Source: a virus
Taxonomy: Duplodnaviria > Heunggongvirae > Uroviricota > Caudoviricetes
Reading direction: 5' to 3' (one strand)
IMG/VR virus record: IMGVR_UViG_3300029702_000002
Length of the DNA stretch: 64,000 nt
Shown piece by piece: positions 29,439 through 39,600 of the stretch. The notes under the pieces are model-generated. The model did no database searches and had not been told where the DNA came from. It was given only the letters and a program-made list of their open reading frames with translations. Position 1 is the stretch's first letter. Every line of letters starts with the position of its first letter. The position numbers were made by a program, and so were the translations under genes.

Positions 29439-29714
29439 TCACTCAAAAGTGCTGATGCTTAAAATACGCTCAAGATGTGCGGCATCTTCATCACTGATTT
29501 GTTGAGTCTCTTCTACGTACCAACAGTTGCCGTTATGCCAACAAACACCATCATCATCAACCATCACTGAATCAGCGTCATGACCTGTATATTCAACGAG
29601 AATACGCTGGATCAGCGCGTCAGTTTCTTCGTCGTTAAGGCCATCGGCTTTGACCATAAAAAGCGGAAACACGTCATAGACAGTGCTGGTAACGATTCGA
29701 ACTAAAACTCTCAT
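29439..29714 (-). CDS. hypothetical protein (91 aa)
   Basis: ORF track; conserved RBS motif upstream. Confidence 0.45.
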   Translation of the reverse strand: MRVLVRIVTSTVYDVFPLFMVKADGLNDEETDALIQRILVEYTGHDADSVMVDDDGVCWHNGNCWYVEETQQISDEDAAHLERILSISTFE

Positions 29715-29769
29715 GTGTTTTTCCTTTTGTGGTTAGTGTTTACTTATTTTGTTAGTTATGAATAGGCGA

Positions 29770-30195
29770 TCAATCTTCTTGTTTAGGGAAAAACTGTTCA
29801 ATAACTCTGTCAACGGCTGTGTCTATATGGAGTAGATGCCACACAACCATATCTTTGCTCCCCATGCCTTGTGTGAATATCACGTCATACTTACGCCATG
29901 CGCAGTGGAACCAATATGCTGAGTCATCAATTGGTAAATCCTCTCCCGCCTCTTTGAAGTATTTCAGCAGCATTGCTTGCTCTGCCGTTGGCGTTGGACC
30001 TATTTCCTGAGCGTACATACGGATAAATCGCTGCCAGTCTGTCTCGTCGGTGGTCGGATCTGGTGGATTCATTTCGGCGATAGCGTTTCGTAGCTGATGC
30101 GCCCAATCAGGTTCAGGAAAGCCTTTTGCTGCTTCATCATCAATAACATCCAGAGCCACGTTTGCGGCATCGTAGAGTTTCTTAATAGCTGTCAT
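29770..30195 (-). CDS. hypothetical protein (141 aa)
   Basis: ORF track; conserved upstream motif at 30205-30232. Confidence 0.5.
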   Translation of the reverse strand: MTAIKKLYDAANVALDVIDDEAAKGFPEPDWAHQLRNAIAEMNPPDPTTDETDWQRFIRMYAQEIGPTPTAEQAMLLKYFKEAGEDLPIDDSAYWFHCAWRKYDVIFTQGMGSKDMVVWHLLHIDTAVDRVIEQFFPKQED

Positions 30196-30286
30196 GTTTT
30201 CTTATTTTTTTAAACAAATTGTTTTCTTAATAAGATAATTGCGATAAAAAAGGCGTCCAACTGGACGCCTGAACTTTTTAGGGGAG

Positions 30287-31117
30287 TTATTTCACTGTAA
30301 TGAAAGGAGTGTTAGCCCCTTGAGTCATGTACTGCGGTAACTGGCCATTCCATTTATTGATGGCTTCCAGTTCCATAACGTTCGGGTTTTGACGCAGAGC
30401 TTCACCGCGCAGACGAATGGCGTCTGCTTCTGCTTGCGCACGAGCACGGATAGCATCAGCTTCACCATTAGCCTGTTCACGTAGCATATTCGCCTCAGCT
30501 TTACGTTGTTCAACTTCCTGCTGACGTTGCAGAGTACGCTGGTTAGCCGTTACTTTGGCGTTAATAGATTCAATGACAGTTTTTGGGTAATCAGGCTTTC
30601 CAACCCATGACAGGCTCAGTACCTCAATACCAACCGGAGACATCTCTTTCTGAATATCTTTCAGTGCGTTGTCCAGCAATTGTGCCTTACCACCGTCGAT
30701 AAATGAGTCAGTGGTCATACGGCTGGCCAAACGGTTTAGAGAGTCGGCAATTTTCTGACGCAGATCTGATTCGGTGATATCGTCTACGCCTTTGCGATAG
30801 GTCTGGAACACCGTCGTTACCTTGTCACGATTAACCAGATACGCAACGCCAATTTTGTGACCAATAGCAGTACCGTCACTCATCTGGAATGTGAACGGCT
30901 CGTCGTAGGTCTTCATTTGTTTGAAGGTCGGGAATACGTAAAGTTCGGTGTTAAGACCTGTCCATTGGCGACCAACGCCAACCACTTCACCAATCCCTTT
31001 GTCTTCACCTAATTTGTTTACTTTGATGCCAACGTATCCAGGCTCCACGCGATCACAGCCAGTAAGACCCATTGTGCAAATAGCCGCCAGAGCAACTGCA
31101 AGTAAACCTTTCTTCAT
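30287..31117 (-). CDS. SPFH/band-7 (prohibitin/HflC-like) lipoprotein
   Basis: Lipobox LTGC after signal peptide; SPFH-type core followed by coiled-coil EA/AQ-rich region. Confidence 0.75.
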   Translation of the reverse strand: MKKGLLAVALAAICTMGLTGCDRVEPGYVGIKVNKLGEDKGIGEVVGVGRQWTGLNTELYVFPTFKQMKTYDEPFTFQMSDGTAIGHKIGVAYLVNRDKVTTVFQTYRKGVDDITESDLRQKIADSLNRLASRMTTDSFIDGGKAQLLDNALKDIQKEMSPVGIEVLSLSWVGKPDYPKTVIESINAKVTANQRTLQRQQEVEQRKAEANMLREQANGEADAIRARAQAEADAIRLRGEALRQNPNVMELEAINKWNGQLPQYMTQGANTPFITVK

Positions 31118-31120
31118 TAC

Positions 31121-31321
31121 TTATTTCCCCTTTGCTTTGATTAATGAGTTGATAAACTTACGACCAGCAATAAGACCGATTACAGGAGCACCAAAACCAA
31201 CGATAACTCCAAACATGACGGCTAAATCACTCTTGGTAGAAATCAGCGACGGAACCAGTAAACCGTAGATGAGAGCCACTGAAAGGCCTGTGGCTACTGC
31301 CAATAGATAGATTTTGATCAT
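31121..31321 (-). CDS. small two-helix membrane protein, candidate SPFH partner
   Basis: 66 aa, two hydrophobic helices; immediately upstream of the SPFH gene. Confidence 0.5.
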   Translation of the reverse strand: MIKIYLLAVATGLSVALIYGLLVPSLISTKSDLAVMFGVIVGFGAPVIGLIAGRKFINSLIKAKGK

Positions 31322-31413
31322 GTGTTTTCCTATGTGGTTGTTATGCGAAAATAATAAGTAAGTGCTTATATATTTTCAAGAGATAAAAAAGGCGTCCTGT
31401 GGACGCCTTGTGT

Positions 31414-32487
31414 TTACTCTTCTACTGACTCGGTGGGGTTGTCTTTTGCTCTTCGGTCGTCGATTGCCTGCAAAGCCGCAATGATTTCAGCCAGTGGCTT
31501 CTCCCGATACATCTCGACGATCTGCGATTTGGTGTATTTCTTGTCACCAATTTCAACTCGCCCGCTGGCGTTCTTTGGCAGGTATCCTTCTTCCAGCATG
31601 TACTCGACGAGCGATTCGATAACGTCGAGGCCACGAGTAGGATCGAAGTAGAATTTCCAGGTGCATTTGCCATACGGTGGTGCAACTTTGTTTTTGATGC
31701 ATTCTGCGCCTACGTCCTGGCCGATCTTCTCTTTACCATCCTTCATCACCGATGCACCAAGACGGATACGTACAGAAGCGTAGAACTTCGGTGAATCTCC
31801 ACCTGGCGACGTAGTAGGGTCGCCAAACATTACACCGATTTTTGTGCGAACCTGATTCAAGAAGATGATGCAGGCGTTGTATTTGCGTGCCCACAAAGCC
31901 AGAGTAGGGAAGTTCGCACTCGTCGCACGAGCCAGTGCCGTATTGTCGTTCATGTTTAGCTGATCTTTGTCTTTGGCAGTGCCTTCAGCCATCTTTTCGA
32001 ACTTCTCCGCTTTGGAGTTCGGAACCATAGACGCAAGAGAGTCAGCCACGATACAGATTGGTGCTGATTCGGGGATAAGCTCTTCATCACGAACCAATTT
32101 AAGTATTGTGCCGATCAACTCTACAGAGTCTTCGAAGGTATCTGGCTGCTTGTATACCCACTGACCGTCATCCTCATCTGCGTTCAGGCCATTGGCGACA
32201 GCCAGGCCAACGTCAAAACTGTTTTCATGATCGAGGAATACCGCCAGACCATCTTGTTTTTGAGCGGAGATCATCGCTGCTGTTGCAAGGAACGTTTTCC
32301 CTGCACTTGGAGGACCGAATACTTCGACGATACGACCACATGGGAAGCCGCCATCGTAACGACCAGAAATAGCTTTGTTTAACGGTGGAAAGCCTGTATC
32401 AATCCAATGAGTTACTTTCTGAATTTCGTCGTTGCTACCGATTTTCTTTTTCAGAGCAAGTGCCAGTGCGGATTTTCCTTTTGCCAT
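31414..32487 (-). CDS. RecA/UvsX-like recombinase
   Basis: Walker A GPPSAGKT; RecA-fold core; 357 aa. Confidence 0.85.
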   Translation of the reverse strand: MAKGKSALALALKKKIGSNDEIQKVTHWIDTGFPPLNKAISGRYDGGFPCGRIVEVFGPPSAGKTFLATAAMISAQKQDGLAVFLDHENSFDVGLAVANGLNADEDDGQWVYKQPDTFEDSVELIGTILKLVRDEELIPESAPICIVADSLASMVPNSKAEKFEKMAEGTAKDKDQLNMNDNTALARATSANFPTLALWARKYNACIIFLNQVRTKIGVMFGDPTTSPGGDSPKFYASVRIRLGASVMKDGKEKIGQDVGAECIKNKVAPPYGKCTWKFYFDPTRGLDVIESLVEYMLEEGYLPKNASGRVEIGDKKYTKSQIVEMYREKPLAEIIAALQAIDDRRAKDNPTESVEE

Positions 32488-32489
32488 GA

Positions 32490-32762
32490 TCAGGCTCCTT
32501 TTGTTTCGTTGATTCGTTTTAAAGCGGCGGATTCATCGAATACAATCGCATCGTGGTTAAGGAGTCTGGATACACGAGCGAGGATTTTTACGACCTGCTC
32601 GCTGACTAATCCAAACTCGCGATCTGTCGCTTTCATTCCGGCAGCGCCTAGAATTGACGGCAGTGCGATGACAGCGTACTCACCGTGATAAAAGACAATC
32701 TCTTTTGCCAGTTGGGCAGGGGTGGTTGTAGCGCCATTGATAATCGATTTAAGCATTAGCAA
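32490..32762 (-). CDS. hypothetical protein (90 aa)
   Basis: ORF track. Confidence 0.45.
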   Translation of the reverse strand: MLMLKSIINGATTTPAQLAKEIVFYHGEYAVIALPSILGAAGMKATDREFGLVSEQVVKILARVSRLLNHDAIVFDESAALKRINETKGA

Positions 32763-33751
32763 TACCTTTCGAATGGAAGAACAAACACTTCAAGGTCTTC
32801 AAGGAACGAACGGAAATTCAGCTCGTAGCACAGTTGCTCGAATGCTTTCACGTCACGATTGCCTTTGATTGTTTCGATTTCGGTAGGCGGAAACTTCGTC
32901 TCAATCAGGTTCATTAGCGTGATGTTTCTCTTGAACGCTTCGAGCATTCGACAGCCTGTTTTCTCGTTGAAGGCATTCTTCGCTAGTTTGTTGAAGGCGG
33001 TCTTATGACGCCCTTTATTAACCACGATTGAGCCGTCGTTGATGCCGCGTACCATCGTTGCGACACTTCCCCATTCATGCAGCAGCTCTTTCGCACCGCC
33101 AGCACCAATGCCACCAACACCGCTAATGTTGTCCGAGTTATCGCCTTGTAATGCTTTTGCTTCCAAAAATGCGCGAGGCGTGGCGAATCCTGTCAGCTCC
33201 GCAAATTGCTCAAAATTAACCTGCTTGTTTTTGGCGTCTTCACGCAGGCTTACCCAGCTTACGTTTTCACGAACTAACTGAAGCCAGTCGCTATCGCCTG
33301 TTAACAGATAGATGTGTTCAACGATTGGCTGCGGTGCAATGCTGGCTACCAGCAGCCCGGCCAGATCATCCGCTTCTGCATCTTTTGCAATGAGTTGGGT
33401 AACTCCAAGCGCGGTCATCATTTTGAGGATGTATGGCTTCTGGATAGCAAAGCCTTCCTTCATCTTTTTCATATCAGGATCGTCGTCGCGATTTGCTTTG
33501 TAGTCCGGGTAAAAGTCGCGACGCTTGTCACTAAATCCATCCCAAAGAATCATAGGTCGGGCATGGAGGATGGAGGCATAACGACGGACGTTCTTAACAA
33601 AGCCGAAAGCAGCCTGTACTTCCATTTCGCCGTTGTGCAATTTGTCAGATTGTTGGTGGTAATAACCCAGGCTATTGCCATCTACGAAGAGATAATTCAC
33701 CGGTACATTCCTTCCAAAAAGTAAGGCGTCCGTAGACGCCTTACTGGTCAC
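32756..33751 (-). CDS. 5'-3' exonuclease / flap endonuclease
   Basis: LFVDGNSL, LTGDSD, GDNSDNISGVGGIG motifs. Confidence 0.85.
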   Translation of the reverse strand: MTSKASTDALLFGRNVPVNYLFVDGNSLGYYHQQSDKLHNGEMEVQAAFGFVKNVRRYASILHARPMILWDGFSDKRRDFYPDYKANRDDDPDMKKMKEGFAIQKPYILKMMTALGVTQLIAKDAEADDLAGLLVASIAPQPIVEHIYLLTGDSDWLQLVRENVSWVSLREDAKNKQVNFEQFAELTGFATPRAFLEAKALQGDNSDNISGVGGIGAGGAKELLHEWGSVATMVRGINDGSIVVNKGRHKTAFNKLAKNAFNEKTGCRMLEAFKRNITLMNLIETKFPPTEIETIKGNRDVKAFEQLCYELNFRSFLEDLEVFVLPFERYC

Positions 33752-33760
33752 GTAATGGGA

Positions 33761-34789
33761 TTACAGAGAGTCCAGCTCTCTCAGTAGGTCATCCAGACCT
33801 TCATCTTCCGTCGCAGATGCGGCTGCTACAGATGTCGCTGCGACTGCTTCAGACTCTTTGACTGATACTGCAACGGCAGCGGAACTTGCTTCTGGTTTAA
33901 ATTCAGTTTCAACGGCACGGAGGATTTCTTCATCAACCAGACTGGTTGGTTCAGAAGCTGGGGTATGAGCGGTAGCTACAGCCGTCGCTCCTTCTGTATG
34001 ACCAGTGACAGAGCCAAATCCAGGTAGTGCCGCAGCCGATGTTTTCGCGGTTGAGGAAATTGCTGGTGCAGATGCTGCGGCAGTTGGTGCAGCGATGCCA
34101 ATCAGACGACCCATAGTGCGAACTGTCGACAGAAGACGAGTTTCATCAGCCTGATTTGCGTATGCGATCAGATCATGCTGGGTATTCCAGAATTTATCTT
34201 CGATATCGCCTTTGTAGACTTTACGCTTAGGCGAGACGTCATATTTGGTATCGCGACCAGAGCCAGTACGTTTAATCAGGAATGCGTAGCCTTCCTCTTT
34301 GCTCAGTGGATTGCCGATATCATCAGCGATGTCTTCGGTGATTGCTTTGCAGATATCATCGAATACAGTAGACGGCAGCTCGATTAACTGGCATTTCTCA
34401 GCATCTGCGAAATCCTCACGAGCAGAAAGAATGCCGTTGACCAGGTAGCGAGGAGTGGCACGCATTTGACCGATGCGTTCTTCCATTGCTTTGTTACCCT
34501 TGTGACGAGCGCGACCTTCCATCACCATTTCGCATAGCTGACAAGCGCGACCGTGAGTATGTTGCTCACAAATATAAGCGTTGGTTGCTTCTTTACCTTC
34601 CTCGTTCTGATACTTAACGTAGTGCATACCGAAAGTCTGGAAGAACTTACCGTTTGGGTCGTCTTTATTCGGGAAGATGCGGATATAGTTGACGCCGTCT
34701 TTTAAGCGAGTCAGATCAACGTTGTTACCACGTTTGGCGGCAATGTCTTCACGAGTTTTGTTAAGCAAATCAAGTAATGTCTTAGACAT
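33761..34789 (-). CDS. T4 gp32-like single-stranded DNA-binding protein
   Basis: IRIFP...YICEQHTHGRACQLC zinc-site pattern resembling recalled gp32; acidic C-terminal tail DEGLDDLLRELDSL. Confidence 0.7.
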   Translation of the reverse strand: MSKTLLDLLNKTREDIAAKRGNNVDLTRLKDGVNYIRIFPNKDDPNGKFFQTFGMHYVKYQNEEGKEATNAYICEQHTHGRACQLCEMVMEGRARHKGNKAMEERIGQMRATPRYLVNGILSAREDFADAEKCQLIELPSTVFDDICKAITEDIADDIGNPLSKEEGYAFLIKRTGSGRDTKYDVSPKRKVYKGDIEDKFWNTQHDLIAYANQADETRLLSTVRTMGRLIGIAAPTAAASAPAISSTAKTSAAALPGFGSVTGHTEGATAVATAHTPASEPTSLVDEEILRAVETEFKPEASSAAVAVSVKESEAVAATSVAAASATEDEGLDDLLRELDSL

Positions 34790-34906
34790 GTGTTTCTCCT
34801 TGTTGTGATTTGGCCGATGGCGCTATGCGCGTTGGGCTTTCGTTCATTCGTGGCTCTTTCGAGCTGTTAAATGATAGATCAGCACTTACTTATTATCTAT
34901 CAAAAA

Positions 34907-35338
34907 TCAACGGGGAGTAATAAAGCGTTCAGAGCCTAATCGCTCTAATTCAACAATGGCCATCTTCGACGCCTGAACAATCATGTCTCGGCGATGCGAA
35001 AAGGCGGCAACAGCATGTTTGTATATGTCTGCGATGTGCCGTGCTTCATCCAACTTCTGCCGTTTAGATAGATACTGTGGGTTTGTTTTAACCTTAGCGT
35101 CTAGTACAGATTCGTTGAACTTAATGCCGTTCATACTCAAGTTTTTACGCTCTGTGTCGTATAGCTTTGCTTCAACAGCTTCAAGGTTAAGTTTTGCCTC
35201 TGCGACACTTCTTTCTGCATGGGCGAGCTTTGAACCATACTCCATCAACAGGCGAGGTTGCTGACGCCAGACTTCCTCCAGATTGTCGCGGTCGAATTCA
35301 AGATCGGACATGATTTTTTCGTAGATATCTGCACTCAT
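34907..35338 (-). CDS. hypothetical protein, possibly UvsY-like recombination mediator
   Basis: Size and position next to gp32-like/UvsX-like genes; weak resemblance only. Confidence 0.35.
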   Translation of the reverse strand: MSADIYEKIMSDLEFDRDNLEEVWRQQPRLLMEYGSKLAHAERSVAEAKLNLEAVEAKLYDTERKNLSMNGIKFNESVLDAKVKTNPQYLSKRQKLDEARHIADIYKHAVAAFSHRRDMIVQASKMAIVELERLGSERFITPR

Positions 35339-35482
35339 TTTTGATAGGTTCCAACTTACTTTAGTGTATTTGATTGTATCAAATAAAAAGAGCTTTACTG
35401 CTATGATTAGCGGTAGACAGTATGGGAGCTAAAGGGCAGAATCAGGGCATAAAGCGAACAGAACAAAGTGAGAATAAAATCA

Positions 35483-36448
35483 ATGAATAAAGCTAACAAT
35501 CAAGCAAAAGCAGAAAAGCCTGTGCCGACTAAAGAACTGTCCCCACCCCCAAAAGTTAAGACTGCGAGGTCAGCAGCAGAAAAAAATAAAACTGAAGGCA
35601 TGACATATCCGAAGACCAGCGCAGAAGGACACGCTGGTGAGTACTTATTTGCTTATTGGATTTCTCGTTATTTCAAATGGCCTTGTCGACTGCTGGATAT
35701 TGATATGGGGTTGGATGCACAGGTTGAAATCTATGAAAATGAACTTTCTACCGGTATGTTTATTGGCGTTCAGGTAAAAACCACCTCACGCACAATGAGT
35801 AGTAGTCTAGGAGTACAGATCCCCTATAAAAATTTAAAGTATTGGGGGGAATGCGATTTCCCTATAGTGATCGTTTTAATTTGTCTAAACGAAGATAATA
35901 AGCATGAAGAGCCAGATATTTACTGGCGGCATTTAGACAAACAAACCATCGCATCGTTATCAAGTACAGCGGATTACAATAACTCAGGAAGTACATCAGT
36001 AACATTTAACGAAGACCAATATCTGAAATCTCCAAGGGATAGAGAGAAATGGCTTAGATTATGGCTATCTAGTGAAGATCTGAAGATCATTGAACGATGC
36101 GAAGGTATTGAGAGAAACATTACTGCATTAGGGAAATTCTTTGAAGAAACAATTGTGGACGGGGATTTAAAACAGGGACTACCAACTCTTGATTTTTTTC
36201 GTAATTTAAACGATTTGTTGGACTCATATGATGAGGTGGAATTGGCTATTAGAGGTAACAATCGACTAGAGTATCTATCAGAGGAAGTTAAATCACTTAA
36301 AAAATGTCATGAGCGCTATATGCCTAAAATTATGTATGCCTTTGAACAGGCGTGCGAATCAAATAGTGTCATGATGAGTGATTTCGATCCGTATTCCCCT
36401 ATAAATAATAAACTCCATACTATACTAGTTAATAATAGAATTTATTAA
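35483..36448 (+). CDS. PD-(D/E)xK nuclease-like protein of unknown function (start may be GTG at 35468)
   Basis: GEYLF...D.GLDAQVEI...IGVQVKT resembles a D..E.K nuclease core; lower-GC plus-strand insert with own terminator. Confidence 0.55.
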   Translation: MNKANNQAKAEKPVPTKELSPPPKVKTARSAAEKNKTEGMTYPKTSAEGHAGEYLFAYWISRYFKWPCRLLDIDMGLDAQVEIYENELSTGMFIGVQVKTTSRTMSSSLGVQIPYKNLKYWGECDFPIVIVLICLNEDNKHEEPDIYWRHLDKQTIASLSSTADYNNSGSTSVTFNEDQYLKSPRDREKWLRLWLSSEDLKIIERCEGIERNITALGKFFEETIVDGDLKQGLPTLDFFRNLNDLLDSYDEVELAIRGNNRLEYLSEEVKSLKKCHERYMPKIMYAFEQACESNSVMMSDFDPYSPINNKLHTILVNNRIY

Positions 36449-36454
36449 CTAAAA

Positions 36455-36482
36455 GGCCCGTTATATAACGGGCCTGTTTATT
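36455..36482 (+). terminator. rho-independent terminator
   Basis: GGCCCGTT-ATAT-AACGGGCC hairpin followed by TGTTTATT. Confidence 0.7.
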
Positions 36483-36623
36483 ATATTAAGCGACCTTCTT
36501 ACCAAAAATGTTGGATAGCGAGACTCTGGTTTGGCACTTCAGCCTGTACTGTCTTACATCGCCAATCTTGTTTACTTCCATAAACTCTTTTCTCTCTGGC
36601 CACCTTCATGGTGTTCTCTTTGT

Positions 36624-39600
36624 TCATTTGCTAATAGTCTCCGCTACCTCTGCAAGAATTGCTTCCAGCTTTTCGCCTTCCTCTGGGCGAAAGTACAAAA
36701 TATTCGGGTTAAATCCGTAGAAAACGGTCACATCCAGCTCCGGCAGATACTCTTTGCGTCCAACCAGGTCGGATGGTTTGCTCTTGTTGTTGAAGAGCGA
36801 CGTCGCCCGGCTGCCACACGTCAGCACATAGGTCGGATGCACCAGATTGATCTCTTCACGTATAAAGTCGGTGAACTGGCCGATCTCGTCTTTGGTGTAG
36901 TCTTTTTCTTTGTCTTTAACCTTCTTGCAAACGCCTGTGACATAGAGATCGCCCATGCGTAAATCTCCAGCCGTCAATAGCTTGGCCTTAAAATCGTCGT
37001 ATCCGTTCTCCATGAAGTAACCGGTTCGAGCATCATTGCCGTTCGCATTGTCCAGAATGATCATGATTTTCGGCTTAATGCCAATGCTGGGGCGGATTAG
37101 TTCATCACCTAAGCCCATTTCAGCCGCCATCCGTGTCATGAGTGCGTTAATTTCAGCCGATCGTTTGGGGTTCATCTCAAACGGACGTGAGGCTTTAACT
37201 GCGTCTATGACAAGGTTTCCCATCAATTCTGCCTGGTCGCGGAGACGCTCTGGATCAGTTGCTGGCAGACTACCTGGCTCGATGGATGCAAACGCACCTA
37301 CTTTTTGCAGTGATTCGCGCACTCGACTATTACAGGCACGTTTCTCGACAGCTTCTTCGAATTGCGCCAGTGACTCGAATTTGCCGCCAACTTTTTCTCG
37401 CGCTCTCATGATGGCTTGGCAGCCATTCTCAGAACACCCCTTCACAGCAGAGAAGGGCGCATACAGAACCTGGCTGCCATCTTCAAGCGTGCGGATCTCG
37501 ATTCGGTTAGATGACACGTTAACGTCTGGTGGCAATACGCGAATACCATAGGTCAGCGCATCTTTAACCAGCCCTTGGTGTTTATCTTCGCCAAGAATAG
37601 TGAGAGCAGCAGCGAAAAACTCTGCGGGATAATGAGTTTTCAACCACATAGATTGATAACTGATTAAAGAATAAGCAACGGAGTGTGATTTATTGAACTG
37701 ATAGGCTCCGTTTTTCTCAAATGCGGTCCAGATCTCCTTCGCTTTCATCTCTGATAGCCCTGGATGTGACGCTGTAACGCGTACTGCGTTTATAGGTAGT
37801 TTTGCGCCGTGCTCAAGTGCCTCTTCGACAGTTTTCAGAGTTCCGTCTTCGCATTTAAAATGTTCCGCACGGTGAATGCGCTGTGTAGTGCCATCTTCCA
37901 GCTCAACGTCTATCCAGCCAGCTTGAGCCTGAACGATGAACTTCTCGCCCATGCTCTTCATTTTTTCCATGTTCTTCTTACCGATTGCGGAACGCACAGC
38001 GTCAGCTTCAGCCATTGTGAAGCCGGCAAGCAATCGAGTCGCGTTCATCGTCTGTTCCTGATAGAGAATCACGCCATTTGTTTCCGCGGTAAGTTCATCA
38101 AGAACGGGGTGTAATGATTCCGGCGTCATAAAGCCTTTGGCGACAGAAACATAGTCATCCAACATGCCTGATTGAATTGGCCCCGGCCGGAAGAGCGCAG
38201 TTGTAGCGACGACCGTTTTAAAGCTCATTGGCTCAATTCCACCACCTAAATCTTTAAGCAGCTTGCGCATTGGGCCTGATTCAAGCTGGAAAACACCTTG
38301 AGTGTACCCAGCAGCAAAACCATCCAGCACCTTGCGATCTTCAAGAGAAATGGCATCAAGATTGATATCTTCACCTGTGTTCTCTTTTATGTAGCGTTTT
38401 GCACTATCGAGCAAATCGAGAGTTGCCAGGCCAAGCACGTCCAGCTTAATTAGGCCCATAGCCTCGCAGTAACGCTTGTCAAATGCGATACAACGCGCGT
38501 CACCACGGCGCTCAACCGGTGTACGTTCTGTCAGAGGAACACCTGCTACGATCATCCCTGCCGCATGTCTACCAAAGCCACGCATAAGGCTTTGTAACTT
38601 GCAGGCTGCATTGAATGCATCAGGATATTTTGTTGCGTATTTGTCGAGACTTGCCAGTTGTTCGCGCAGCTCTTCCAATGGAAGGCTATCATCCTCGACG
38701 TTCTTCAGTTCTTTTGATACCGCCATATCTGCGGACTCCACACCATAAATACGAGCGGTATCACGTAGTGCAGAGGCTGCGCCCAGGTAGGTGAAGTTCG
38801 GAATACCCGCAACGTAATCTTCGCCGTAGCGTTCATTCAGATACTCGATCACCTCATGGCGACGTGCCTGGCTGAAGTCCAAGTCCGCATCCGGCAAGTC
38901 GAGACGCTCAGGGTTGATGAAACGCTCAAACAGAAGACCGTGACGGATTGGGTCGACGTTGGTTATGCCTATGCACCACGCCACCAGAGAACCGGCAGAG
39001 GAACCACGACCAGGCCCAACGGGAATGCCAGTTTCACGACTATGATTCATCAGATCGCGTACCATCAGGAAGTAACCACAAAATCCCAGGCGAGTCAGCG
39101 TGTCCATTTCGTACTTTAGCCGCTCAACATAAACCCTGTTCTCAGAAGCAGGTGGTGTGTAGCCAAACTCTTTTGTGGTAAGACGTTTACGCAGCCCTGC
39201 AACAGCCAGTTTCATAAGCGTTGCAGGCTCGTCGTCTGCCATCTTTGGCAGTGCTGGCGGCAATTCATGCCAGCGCCATGTGCAGGCATCGATAATGGTA
39301 TCCTGCGTTGTTGAGGCCATTGCAGCTGTTACCGGCACATCCATGCGAACGGAGAAGGCTTTAAGCGCCTCAAGGAGATGGCGGCGACCATTGACGGCGT
39401 TATCTCGCTGGTGGGGGATACGCAGACGATGCGGCTGGTCGATTTTGATGTTGTTCGTAACCATGTGCGCAATGTCTTTAATGTCTGCATCGTCGATCGA
39501 TTCGTAATAAGCGGGATAGAACGCCACTGGCTCTATTTTCAATGCGCTGGCGACTTTCATCGCCCGGACGTTAATCTGGTCGTAGAATGGGGTAGGGTGC

